Under the pieces are notes generated by a model. That model was not told the origin of the DNA. It worked only from the letters and a program-made list of their open reading frames with translations, and made no database searches. A DNA stretch of 64,000 nt from a virus, in the UHGV virus genome UHGV-0209088, one strand, 5' to 3'. The translations under genes and the position numbers were made by a program. This document shows, one piece after another, positions 36,144 through 44,601 of this stretch; position 1 is the first letter of the stretch; each line of letters opens with the position of its first letter.

Positions 36144-36683
36144 ATGGTCGAATACTTCACGATTCCCGAGCTGCCCGATAAGCAAATGTTCAGATGCGAA
36201 CGCAGGAATGCCACTCTCCAGGTGGCTTCCTGTGCTTCCATGTGGAAGGCAGCCAACAGCAAGAACAGCGCCGAGTGCAACATGTCATGCCGGACTTGCA
36301 GTCTGGGTGCCGTGCATGCTGGTGAGGGCGACGCACAAATGTCCCACCTGCGTGGCATCGAGATCTGCTCGCGGTGTCATCGTGTCGGTATGCGCCTGAT
36401 AGGCGGTGATATCTGCGTCAGCTGCTGGAACAGGCAGAGGGAAGTCATCATCGGGAAGAATGCCCGCGGGCGTAAACCTCTCAACCATCCCCCCATTGTG
36501 CCGCACGAAATCACCGTCATGACCGGGAAGAAACTGGTCACCATCAAACGCACCCACGCGGTCTGTACCGAAGAGCTGGTTATCTCAGCACTGCGCGACA
36601 GCACCAGGCAGGTGTTCTTTGGGTTTCATTCGAAAGGTCAGACAGGTGTGCAGGCTATGCCTGTGCAGGGGGAATTGTTTTGA
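36144..36683 (+). CDS. Cys-rich putative zinc-binding protein (179 aa)
   Basis: Multiple CxxC pairs (CSRCHRVG...CVSCWNRQ); first gene to the right of the iteron region. Confidence 0.35.
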   Translation: MVEYFTIPELPDKQMFRCERRNATLQVASCASMWKAANSKNSAECNMSCRTCSLGAVHAGEGDAQMSHLRGIEICSRCHRVGMRLIGGDICVSCWNRQREVIIGKNARGRKPLNHPPIVPHEITVMTGKKLVTIKRTHAVCTEELVISALRDSTRQVFFGFHSKGQTGVQAMPVQGELF

Positions 36684-37033
36684 TGCAGAGTATGCAACAA
36701 TCCGAGGCGTTACAGTCAGATTCTGCAACGCTTAAAAAAAACGAGCAATGGGAGCTGGAGCCGCATATCTGCCGTCACTGCTTCGGAAGGCTGGTCTCCC
36801 GCCCGGTTCCTGGCGGTGCCCTGCGCATCTACCGCTGCAGCAACTGCGGGGCTGAGGCCCAGCACAGCCACGCCGACGCACTGTGCTGCTGCGGCATCAA
36901 GATTAAGCGCGCCGGACGCAACGGCACCAAATCGGGATCCATGGTCGATGCCGGCGTGCGGTGCATTCCGAACCCTGAGCGATCGCTGATGTTCCCGAGC
37001 GAGATTGTGGCCAGCGAGGTCGTGCGAAAATGA
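36680..37033 (+). CDS. Cys-rich putative zinc-ribbon protein (117 aa)
   Basis: CRHCFGRL...CSNCGAEA...CCCG. Confidence 0.35.
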   Translation: MMQSMQQSEALQSDSATLKKNEQWELEPHICRHCFGRLVSRPVPGGALRIYRCSNCGAEAQHSHADALCCCGIKIKRAGRNGTKSGSMVDAGVRCIPNPERSLMFPSEIVASEVVRK

Positions 37034-37407
37034 GAATTCTCATCACCGGCGAACTGGATCATGTGTCCACCGTTCGTGCGATCCTCGACGCTGCTCACAA
37101 CAAACGCCGCATAAGCCTGCTGCTGCACCATGGGCGGTCAGCTGCTGCTGGCATCGCTGAGAAGTGGGCCAATGATACCGGCGTGCTCGTGGCTGAGTTG
37201 GAATGGGTAGGCGGTCAATGCTGGTGGGATATTGCCAGCGTCATCATCGCGTTCCCGCCTCCGGTCATCGATGCCTGCTCGCTGCCGAATGCGGACGCAA
37301 TGCTGGATGATTGCCGCTCGCACGGAATGAAAATCTGGAAGCCAGTTGCTTGGCCTGATTACGAGCCGATGACTCAGCAGGAGCGCGAGGAAAGGCCGTT
37401 TGATTAG
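37030..37407 (+). CDS. DUF2493/SLOG-like Rossmann-fold protein
   Basis: MRILITGELDHVSTVRAILDAAH...LLLHHGRSAAAGIAEKWA pattern. Confidence 0.3.
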   Translation: MRILITGELDHVSTVRAILDAAHNKRRISLLLHHGRSAAAGIAEKWANDTGVLVAELEWVGGQCWWDIASVIIAFPPPVIDACSLPNADAMLDDCRSHGMKIWKPVAWPDYEPMTQQEREERPFD

Positions 37408-37422
37408 AAATCAGCTCTCAAA

Positions 37423-37435
37423 GCTGATGCTCTAA
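37423..37435 (+). repeat. GCTGATGCTCTAA post-stop motif
   Basis: Same 13-mer (Y = C/T at position 6) lies within 20 nt after four + strand stops (37407, 41263, 44366, 51909). Confidence 0.4.
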
Positions 37436-37483
37436 AACTTTATTCATTGCCAAATCAATAACTTAATGAAATCGCCCAAGTAT

Positions 37484-37503
37484 TAGGGCGCACATAGGGC
37501 GCA
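37484..37503 (+). promoter_or_regulatory. TAGGGCGCA-ca-TAGGGCGCA direct repeat
   Basis: Exact 9-mers. Confidence 0.5.
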
Positions 37504-37537
37504 GATTATTCAAAAAAGATAAGTTGACAGGTGGTAT

Positions 37538-37555
37538 TTACTCAAAAATGAGTGA
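37538..37555 (+). promoter_or_regulatory. palindrome TTACTCA-AAAA-TGAGTGA
   Basis: Preceded by TTGACA at 37523; upstream of the gene at 37568. Confidence 0.4.
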
Positions 37556-37567
37556 TAAGATTACTGC

Positions 37568-37891
37568 GTGTTCAACAACAACCCAAGGATATACATCATG
37601 ACCAAGAATGCAAAGCGCTACACGTCCGTGAGCAAGGGCGGAGAATTCGAGCTCGTTGGTACGTCCAGCGGCGCCGGTCAGCGCAAGGGTGACGTGGTTA
37701 TCGTCTACCGAAACGTTGAAACCGGTCAGGTTCTCCACCGCGAGCCGGAAGACTTCGCGATGCGGATGAAGCCTGCCGCGCCAAGCATCAACGCTCAGCT
37801 TGTGGCGGCTCTTGAAGCGGTCGTGAACGGTGACCGTCTCGCGATTACCAAAGCGCAGGCAGCACTTGATGCGGCTAAGGGGGCTGTGTGA
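37568..37891 (+). CDS. hypothetical protein (107 aa)
   Basis: ORF downstream of the regulatory cassette. Confidence 0.35.
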   Translation: MFNNNPRIYIMTKNAKRYTSVSKGGEFELVGTSSGAGQRKGDVVIVYRNVETGQVLHREPEDFAMRMKPAAPSINAQLVAALEAVVNGDRLAITKAQAALDAAKGAV

Positions 37892-38328
37892 AATTCTCCA
37901 AATTCTCTGAGCTGGTTGCGCGCCTCTGGTCTAATCCGCAGACCCAGCGGCGCGATCCTGAAGTGACCATCCTCATCAACGCGCCCGGAAGAATCGGGCC
38001 GTCACCATCGGTCGAGGTCGAAGCCATTCATGCTGGATTCGACTGGGACGCAGGGCAGGTGATCATTTTCCCGACCCATCCGTTGACCGTGCTCACCCCA
38101 GAGCAGGTATCCGCCATCGAAGAGAGCGTGCGCAAAGGCCAGTCGTGGCATGCCTACGAGGCGCATAAGAAAAACCGTGCTGAGATCAAAGAGCTTACAG
38201 CCCAGCGCGACGAGCTGCTGGCGGCGCTGGAAACCATCATCCTGTTCACGAAGCCTTCGAAAAGCAATGCGGTTGCCCTGCACAATGCCCATGAAGTCAT
38301 CGCCCGGGTCAAAGGCGGTGCCTCATGA
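37888..38328 (+). CDS. hypothetical protein (146 aa)
   Basis: ATGA overlap with the upstream gene. Confidence 0.35.
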   Translation: MKFSKFSELVARLWSNPQTQRRDPEVTILINAPGRIGPSPSVEVEAIHAGFDWDAGQVIIFPTHPLTVLTPEQVSAIEESVRKGQSWHAYEAHKKNRAEIKELTAQRDELLAALETIILFTKPSKSNAVALHNAHEVIARVKGGAS

Positions 38329-38747
38329 GCGAATGGATTGACCCGTTCTACGAGTCGCCGCCGACCGGGAAGGTGGTTGAGGGCGACTACGGCACGTTCA
38401 CGCTGCGCATCATGAAGCGGGATGGCGAGTGGAAGAGCGAGAGCGGCGGTCTGCTGGTTCAGGGCAGGCCAGCCCGCTGGCGTCTGCTGCCGGAGACTCC
38501 AAAAACCGGCAACGCCTGCAGCTGGAAAGCGCCGCTGGTGACCCTAGCCACCGGCGAGCAGGTGCCAAGCGACAGCAAAGCCTGGAAGGACGAGTGCGAG
38601 GCCCGGCACATCCTGAATTTACCGACCAAAGCGGCTCGCCTCGAGCTGCTGGACCAAATCGAGAAGCGGCGCGGAGCCGACGCAGCCAATGAGCTGCGCC
38701 AGCGCGTGCTGCTGCTGTGGGAACTAACCAAGGGGGCATCGCAATGA
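38325..38747 (+). CDS. hypothetical protein (140 aa)
   Basis: ATGA overlap. Confidence 0.35.
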   Translation: MSEWIDPFYESPPTGKVVEGDYGTFTLRIMKRDGEWKSESGGLLVQGRPARWRLLPETPKTGNACSWKAPLVTLATGEQVPSDSKAWKDECEARHILNLPTKAARLELLDQIEKRRGADAANELRQRVLLLWELTKGASQ

Positions 38748-38992
38748 AAACACTGAGAACGCTGTGGGAGTACGTTCTGTTCATGGTGCCGCACATCACC
38801 ACCTCGGAGGTCGTATACGAGCTGGCTGATGGCGGCGTGTGGGTTCCGGTCTGTGAGGTCAAGCACATCCAGCCGGGCGAGTTTTACGAGAAGGTCGGCA
38901 AGGTTCGCTCCTTCCAGTGGCTGTGGTTCGGCTTCGATTTTCAGGAAGAATACCCGCTGCGCAAATTCGATAACCGGAGGCCGCGTGGATAA
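38717..38992 (+). CDS. hypothetical protein (91 aa)
   Basis: ORF. Confidence 0.3.
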   Translation: MGTNQGGIAMKTLRTLWEYVLFMVPHITTSEVVYELADGGVWVPVCEVKHIQPGEFYEKVGKVRSFQWLWFGFDFQEEYPLRKFDNRRPRG

Positions 38993-39248
38993 ATTCGAAC
39001 CGGTGAGAACCGTCGCGGACATGAAAACCCTCGACCTTGAGCAGGTGTCCGATGGATACCTCGCAGCCATTGACGGCTATGTCCTGAAAGGCACTGAGAG
39101 CCGCAGTTTCGTGCATGGCTGGCGCAACGGCATGGTCGACGCTGGTCAGGTATGCCCAGATGAGCACCAGCAGGCCCTGGCGCGCGACATCATCGCCACC
39201 AAGTACGATCTCTTTGACCGCGGGGGCCAGGATGGCAATTCTGATTGA
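38985..39248 (+). CDS. hypothetical protein (87 aa, GTG start)
   Basis: GTGGATAA start/stop overlap with a GGAGG Shine-Dalgarno 4 nt upstream. Confidence 0.3.
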   Translation: MDKFEPVRTVADMKTLDLEQVSDGYLAAIDGYVLKGTESRSFVHGWRNGMVDAGQVCPDEHQQALARDIIATKYDLFDRGGQDGNSD

Positions 39249-39825
39249 TAGCGGCACGCCGGAGGCGGATAAGAACTTCTGGGCCACTACGCCGGAGTGC
39301 TTTCAGGATGGGCAGGCGCTCTACGGTCGCCCGTTCGCGGTCGATGTGTGCGCCGAGCCGCTGACTGCGAAATGCCAGCGCTACTACGGCAACCCGGCAC
39401 TGTACGACGCGGTGCTGGACTACCGCACCGGCGCTGATGTCCGCGCCATGATGCGTGAATCCGGCAACATCTGCGTCGCCCTCGACTCTCTGGCGGTCGA
39501 TTGGCCCGAGCACTGGTGGTGCAATCCACCGTTCGATCACAAGCTGGCATTCATCGGGCAGGCCCGCCGTCAGCAGGCCGCAGGCCGTCCCGGCATGATG
39601 CTGCTGCCGTATGAGCCGCTGGCTGGCTGGTGGCGCAAGCGCCTTGCGTTCGGCGTCATCGTCTACGAGCCTGATGGCCGCTACCAGTTCTGCGAGCGTG
39701 ACGGCGTGACCCGCAAGCAGGGTGCAAACTTTGGTTCCGCGCTGGTGGTATTCCCGACCCATCACATAGGCGAGTCTCCGCGCATAAGATTTGAACGCGG
39801 TATTGGACAGCTTGCTCAAAAATGA
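39229..39825 (+). CDS. phage-type DNA N6-adenine methyltransferase (Dam family)
   Basis: WWCNPPFDHK catalytic motif IV (NPPF); start placed at the internal MAILIDSG. Confidence 0.6.
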   Translation, partial: RMAILIDSGTPEADKNFWATTPECFQDGQALYGRPFAVDVCAEPLTAKCQRYYGNPALYDAVLDYRTGADVRAMMRESGNICVALDSLAVDWPEHWWCNPPFDHKLAFIGQARRQQAAGRPGMMLLPYEPLAGWWRKRLAFGVIVYEPDGRYQFCERDGVTRKQGANFGSALVVFPTHHIGESPRIRFERGIGQLAQK

Positions 39826-39882
39826 AATAGAATATCGCTTTCCGCGCCGGGCGGCTCCCGGCATCCTCCCGAGGAAAGGAAT

Positions 39883-40098
39883 GTGAAACTACTCCGCGCA
39901 TTTCGGGGCATCTTTGGCTCACCGGCGTCTAACATCTGGTTCGGCGGATACTTCCTGTGCCGCTTCCTGTGGCTCGTGAAAGATTACCCGCATAGCGGGC
40001 GCACAGCATGGGACATCGCCTACGTCGTCATCATCGGCATCGCTGCCGTCTACCTCTCCACCCGTGGCATCCGCAGATTCCGTAAGGGGTGCGCATGA
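39883..40098 (+). CDS. small membrane protein (71 aa)
   Basis: Two hydrophobic helices. Confidence 0.3.
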   Translation: MKLLRAFRGIFGSPASNIWFGGYFLCRFLWLVKDYPHSGRTAWDIAYVVIIGIAAVYLSTRGIRRFRKGCA

Positions 40099-40976
40099 GC
40101 GAATTCAACTATCTGACCGGGCGCCCGGAGCTATTCGAGAACGCGCCAGCCGACGCGCTGGTGGTGCTGGAGCATGAGGACGGCCGCCTGTTCTATGCGA
40201 TCGCCCACGACCTGGGCGCGAAATACTGGAACGAGGACGGCTCCCCGGGCAGCAAGGTCGGCCTGATTGCCCTGCACAAGAAAACCCGCGTCATTGCCAG
40301 CCGCGTGCGTACTGGGGGCTTGCGCCCGGCAGAACCGAAGCGAGACCCGATCCCAAAATCCCGGATTGAACGCATCCAGCAGGCGCAGAACGGCCTGAAG
40401 AAGGCTATCAGTCAGCCGTTCCCTGTTGCGCCAAAACCTGAGCCTAAGCCAGCGCCGGTGAAGGTTGACCCGCAAAAGGTCGCGCCGAAGCGCAAAACCC
40501 CAAACGTTGCCTGCCCGAAGTGCGGCGTCACCGGCATTCACGCCTGCATGGGCGCGCCCGTTTCGTGGAGCGAGCAGGACAAACAGCGCTTGGATGACGC
40601 CGTGAAGCAGATCAACGCTGCGGAGACGAAACCGCGGATAGTAGCTGGCGATGGCTTCGTGTCCATCCTCGATTTGGCTAATCGTTCAGGCTGCGCGGTG
40701 CTGACCATCTACGCCAAAGGGACATTCATGGTTACCACTGCGGTGGCCAGTTCCGGCGACCGTATTGACGTTCAGCTCGATCCAAAGAGCGGTAAAATCC
40801 GGGTCCGCAAGGTTGAGCAGGGCGGGGCTAAGCTGGCCGGAGGGCAGACATTCTCATGCGCTGGCGGCGCGAGACTATTCCACTTTGCAAATGGCGCGAA
40901 GAAGGTTCGCATCGAACTGACCAAAGTAGATGGCTGGTGGCAGGGTCAGGCTGAGCTGGTGCGGGTGAAGCCATGA
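40089..40976 (+). CDS. hypothetical protein (295 aa) with a Pro/Lys-rich linker and CPKCG motif
   Basis: ORF. Confidence 0.35.
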   Translation: MRMSEFNYLTGRPELFENAPADALVVLEHEDGRLFYAIAHDLGAKYWNEDGSPGSKVGLIALHKKTRVIASRVRTGGLRPAEPKRDPIPKSRIERIQQAQNGLKKAISQPFPVAPKPEPKPAPVKVDPQKVAPKRKTPNVACPKCGVTGIHACMGAPVSWSEQDKQRLDDAVKQINAAETKPRIVAGDGFVSILDLANRSGCAVLTIYAKGTFMVTTAVASSGDRIDVQLDPKSGKIRVRKVEQGGAKLAGGQTFSCAGGARLFHFANGAKKVRIELTKVDGWWQGQAELVRVKP

Positions 40977-41263
40977 GCCAGCGAATGGTAAGGCCGTTGC
41001 CGGTGTGGACCGAGAAGGCCACCGGTAAGCAGGTATGGGCGCTGCAGGTAGGGCGCATCATCCCGTGCCCGCGTGGAGTGTCCATCTACCCGAAGGACGA
41101 GCGCTACGCCGCGTTTGAGATGCCGCTGTGGTGGTCTGCGACCACACGGGTGGCCGAGGGCGATTTCGTCGTGTGGGAAACAGGTGAGCCGGTGTTCAGC
41201 TGGAAGCCTGCCGAGTTCGAAGCGCGGTTCCGGCCTGCTGCCGACAGCAAAACAGACCCGTAG
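40973..41263 (+). CDS. hypothetical protein (96 aa)
   Basis: ATGA overlap. Confidence 0.3.
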   Translation: MSQRMVRPLPVWTEKATGKQVWALQVGRIIPCPRGVSIYPKDERYAAFEMPLWWSATTRVAEGDFVVWETGEPVFSWKPAEFEARFRPAADSKTDP

Positions 41264-41264
41264 G

Positions 41265-41277
41265 CTGATGCTCTAAC
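41265..41277 (+). repeat. GCTGATGCTCTAA post-stop motif
   Basis: 2 nt after the stop at 41263. Confidence 0.4.
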
Positions 41278-41324
41278 ACGGCAAAGCCAGAGGATACGCG
41301 GCCTCGCGGGGCCGCAAATCAATT

Positions 41325-41344
41325 TAGGGCGCACATAGGGCGCT
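41325..41344 (+). promoter_or_regulatory. TAGGGCGCA-ca-TAGGGCGCt direct repeat
   Basis: Ends about 20 nt before the start codon at 41364, so it lies in the 5' UTR or overlaps the promoter. Confidence 0.5.
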
Positions 41345-41363
41345 AAATCACCAAAAATGAGGA

Positions 41364-41708
41364 ATGAAGATGGACAATCAGCACCGCAAGATCGTCGGCT
41401 ATCGCGAGCTGACACAGGCCGAAATCGACCTGATGAACGAAATCAAAGCGAAAGGGAAGGAGCTGTTAGCGCTCCATGACAAAGTGGTGGAGTTGATTGG
41501 CGAACAGGATTTGGTGCCAGCAATCATGGCTGCTGCAGACCATAACTCTAAGGGTATGTCTTACATGATCCCACCTAAGCAGGACGCTGATGTCATGGCG
41601 CGACACGCAATCGCAGAACCACGCCGCTGGGCGTCCATCGGCAAGACCGATCTCCAGAAGGGCATCATGGCGCTGGTGCGCGCCGTAGCCCAGCCGACTG
41701 ACTGCTAA
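41364..41708 (+). CDS. hypothetical protein (114 aa)
   Basis: GAGGA Shine-Dalgarno. Confidence 0.35.
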   Translation: MKMDNQHRKIVGYRELTQAEIDLMNEIKAKGKELLALHDKVVELIGEQDLVPAIMAAADHNSKGMSYMIPPKQDADVMARHAIAEPRRWASIGKTDLQKGIMALVRAVAQPTDC

Positions 41709-41734
41709 CCAGCGCACCGCGCTAAGGAAAGGAA

Positions 41735-41956
41735 ATGCTCAAGAAAGTTATTCTGGCTGCACTGGTATACCTGCTCATCGGCGGGATCCTCAACGGCTTC
41801 GCGATCGATGAGAGCGCGAAGAAATGCGGGGGGAAAGTAAACGATATCGAAGGGTATGCTGAATCCGCTCTGCTCTGGCCTTCTCTGATGGCAACCGGCT
41901 TCGTTCTGGCGGTAATGGGTACAGAGCTGGACAGTACCTGTACGACCACAAAATAA
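41735..41956 (+). CDS. small membrane protein (73 aa)
   Basis: Two TM helices. Confidence 0.3.
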   Translation: MLKKVILAALVYLLIGGILNGFAIDESAKKCGGKVNDIEGYAESALLWPSLMATGFVLAVMGTELDSTCTTTK

Positions 41957-41961
41957 CCCCA

Positions 41962-42168
41962 GTGCCACGGACGGCGCCCAACAACCACCGAGGCACTGAA
42001 ATGATCGAACAGACTGACCGCCTGACCCAACTGACCACCGGCATCGCAAAGCTGCTGGACGCTGCCCTGGCTCTGCCTGCTGATACTGACCGCGATGCAG
42101 CGGCCCGACAGCTGGCCCGCTCCCTCATCGAAGAAGCCTACAAAGCGATCCCGACTACCGCCGCCTGA
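41962..42168 (+). CDS. hypothetical protein (68 aa)
   Basis: ORF. Confidence 0.3.
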   Translation: MPRTAPNNHRGTEMIEQTDRLTQLTTGIAKLLDAALALPADTDRDAAARQLARSLIEEAYKAIPTTAA

Positions 42169-42228
42169 CTACCCTCCCTCCAGTCGTGATGCCAACGTGT
42201 CCGGTACATTGTTACCGGACATTTTTTT

Positions 42229-42849
42229 ATGACCGAACCGAAGAAACCAACCAGGGCGAGGAAAGCGCCCGCGAAACCCGGCGCCACAAAGGCGAGCGGG
42301 GTATCCGCTATTGGGCAGAAGGTCACCGACGCCGCCAAGACTGGCCGCCGTGGCTTTTCCGATGAGCTGAAAGCTGCCGCCCGCGCGCTGTGGGAGGGCG
42401 ACCCGAATATCAGCATGGCTGATGTCGCCGCAGAGGTGGGCGTCACCGTGCGCGCCATGCGGCGCTGGAGCCAGGATGAGAACTGGTCGAAGCGTCAGGC
42501 CGATATGTCCGAGCGCGCTCATGCGGCTGCCGACCAGTACAAGAACAAGCTCTCTGAGCTGGGGCCGGAGATCACCACCGAGCAGCAGAAGCAGGCCGAG
42601 TCCGACGCAGCGGAGGAGACCGCCGTGCAGCTGCGCGCCCAGGTGCTCGACCGCCACCGGAAGGAATGGAACGCGCCGCGCAAGCTCTCCTACGACGCGG
42701 TGAAGGCCAAGAACTTCGACCAGATGAAGATGGCCAAAATCACGGCTGAGGCGCTGACCCTGATCCAGAACGGCGAGCGCAAGGCGTGGGGCATCGATTC
42801 CGGGGGCGATGGGCAAACCAACGTGAAAGTCATTATTGAGCGTGAGTGA
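42229..42849 (+). CDS. HTH DNA-binding protein (terminase-small-subunit-like HTH)
   Basis: ISMADVAAEVGVTVRAMRRWSQDENW winged-HTH segment; basic N-terminus; coiled-coil C-terminus. Confidence 0.35.
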   Translation: MTEPKKPTRARKAPAKPGATKASGVSAIGQKVTDAAKTGRRGFSDELKAAARALWEGDPNISMADVAAEVGVTVRAMRRWSQDENWSKRQADMSERAHAAADQYKNKLSELGPEITTEQQKQAESDAAEETAVQLRAQVLDRHRKEWNAPRKLSYDAVKAKNFDQMKMAKITAEALTLIQNGERKAWGIDSGGDGQTNVKVIIERE

Positions 42850-44366
42850 TGGATAAAAACCTCGAAAAGATGCTGGGCTTCCGGCCTGATGCCATCCCGC
42901 AAATGCGGCTCAAGCCGGTTGAATCTCTGGTGGCCTACGCCCGCAACACCCGCACCCATTCAAAGGTGCAGGTCGAGCAGATCAAGCGCTCTATGCTGGA
43001 GTTCGGATGGACGAACCCCATTCTGGCGGATGATATGGGCATCGTGGCCGGGCATGGTCGCGTTATGGCTGCCGAAGAGCTGTACAAGGCCGGTGAGCAG
43101 ATCCTCTTCCCGAACGGCACGCCGATCCCCATCGGCCAGGTGCCGGTCATCGATTGCACCGGCTGGTCAGACGCGCAGCGCCGGGCGTACATCATCGCGG
43201 ATAACAAGCTGGCCCTGAACGCCGGCTGGGACGATGACATGCTGAGCCTCGAGCTGAAGGAGCTGGACGCGGCGGGCTATGACCTGGATGTCATCGGGTT
43301 CGATGAGAACGAGCTCGCGGAGCTGCTGGCCGATCCCGAGCTGGATCTTGATAGCGACAAAGACCCGGATGAGACACCGGACCTGCCTGATGCGCCGGCG
43401 AGCCGCGAGGGCGACACCTGGATCCTCGGCGCGCACCGGGTTCACTGCGGCAGCGCGACCAGTATGGATGCATGGGACCACCTGATGCAGGGCGAACTGG
43501 CCAACGCGGTATGGACCGACCCGCCATACAACGTCGATCTGGGCCTGAAGAACAAGCGGATGGATAAAGCCATTGGCGGCGAGCGGTTCGCCACTGGTGC
43601 GATCGCCAACGACAAGATGAGCCTGGAAGAGTTTGAGGCGCTGCTCTACGACGCGTTCAGCTGCCTGTTCTCGGTCATGCAGGCAGGGGCGGCCATCTAC
43701 GTGGCCCATTCCGACAAGGCCGGGCGCGAGTTCCGCGAGCAGTTCGAAAGGGCTGGCCTGCACTTTAGCCAGATGCTCATCTGGAAGAAGAACGTCCACG
43801 TTCTGGGGATGGCCGATTTCCAGCCCATTCACGAGCCGATCATGTACGGCTGGAAGAAGGGGAGCCGTCACAAGTGGCACGGCGGCCGCAAGCAGACCAC
43901 CGTCATGGAGATAGGCGAGGGCGGTCCGATCTCCCGGGATGAAGCCGGGCGCTGGCTCATCAAGGTGGGTGACAGCGTGCTGGTCGTGGACGGCCAGGCG
44001 GAACTGGCGGAGATCCCCTCGACCGTGTTCAATGTGCCGAAGCCGGAGAAGTCCGGCCTGCACCCGACGCAGAAGCCGGTGGAGCTCATCGAGCGCATGC
44101 TGCGCAACTCTGCCCGCGGCGGCGATATCGTGGTGGATGCGTTCGGCGGTTCGGGCTCAACGCTGATTGCCGCTGACCGTCTGGGCATGTGCGCCAGGCT
44201 GATGGAGCTGGAGCCGCGCTTTGTCGATGTCATCGTTCGCCGCTGGCAGGACTACACCGGGCGCCGGGCGGTTCACGCGCTCACCGGCGAGGAATTCCCC
44301 GAAGAGGGGCAGGAGCGGAAGACCGGCCCAATCCTCACCGACAACAGCGATACGGATGTGTTTTAG
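42846..44366 (+). CDS. ParB-like nuclease domain fused to an N4-C/N6-A DNA methyltransferase
   Basis: ParB N-domain (AYARNTRTHS...GHGRVMAA); MTase motif IV DPPYN; C-terminal SAM-binding region FGGSGST. Confidence 0.75.
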   Translation: MMDKNLEKMLGFRPDAIPQMRLKPVESLVAYARNTRTHSKVQVEQIKRSMLEFGWTNPILADDMGIVAGHGRVMAAEELYKAGEQILFPNGTPIPIGQVPVIDCTGWSDAQRRAYIIADNKLALNAGWDDDMLSLELKELDAAGYDLDVIGFDENELAELLADPELDLDSDKDPDETPDLPDAPASREGDTWILGAHRVHCGSATSMDAWDHLMQGELANAVWTDPPYNVDLGLKNKRMDKAIGGERFATGAIANDKMSLEEFEALLYDAFSCLFSVMQAGAAIYVAHSDKAGREFREQFERAGLHFSQMLIWKKNVHVLGMADFQPIHEPIMYGWKKGSRHKWHGGRKQTTVMEIGEGGPISRDEAGRWLIKVGDSVLVVDGQAELAEIPSTVFNVPKPEKSGLHPTQKPVELIERMLRNSARGGDIVVDAFGGSGSTLIAADRLGMCARLMELEPRFVDVIVRRWQDYTGRRAVHALTGEEFPEEGQERKTGPILTDNSDTDVF

Positions 44367-44384
44367 CTGTAAACAGAGTTCTAA

Positions 44385-44397
44385 GCTGACGCTCTAA
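44385..44397 (+). repeat. GCTGACGCTCTAA post-stop motif
   Basis: 19 nt after the stop at 44366. Confidence 0.4.
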
Positions 44398-44401
44398 GTA
44401 G

Positions 44402-44440
44402 AAACGGCAATGCAAATCAATGCGTTGCCGTTTTCGTTTG
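44402..44440 (+). terminator. rho-independent terminator
   Basis: AACGGCAA...TTGCCGTT hairpin followed by TTTCGTTTG. Confidence 0.5.
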
Positions 44441-44444
44441 TGGT

Positions 44445-44464
44445 TAGGGCGCATATAGGGCGCA
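44445..44464 (+). promoter_or_regulatory. TAGGGCGCA-ta-TAGGGCGCA direct repeat
   Basis: Exact 9-mers. Confidence 0.5.
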
Positions 44465-44478
44465 CCGCAAAGTATTTC

Positions 44479-44496
44479 TTGCTCATATTTGAGTAA
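44479..44496 (+). promoter_or_regulatory. palindrome TTGCTCA-TATT-TGAGTAA
   Basis: TTGCTC-N17-TTACAC promoter-like; heads a ~105-nt leader shared with the 48105 locus. Confidence 0.45.
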
Positions 44497-44601
44497 CTGC
44501 GTTACACTTCACTTGAGGTAACGGCTATTCCCGCGTTACCGGACCCAGTTCTACTGGCGTGACAAAAACAATCAACCGCGAACCAACGCGGTAGGGATTT
44601 T

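Noticed and set aside
42229-42849. Confident call as terminase small subunit
   Set aside because: Only an HTH and a coiled-coil are visible. No terminase large-subunit gene follows; a ParB-MTase does. It is kept as a generic HTH DNA-binding protein.
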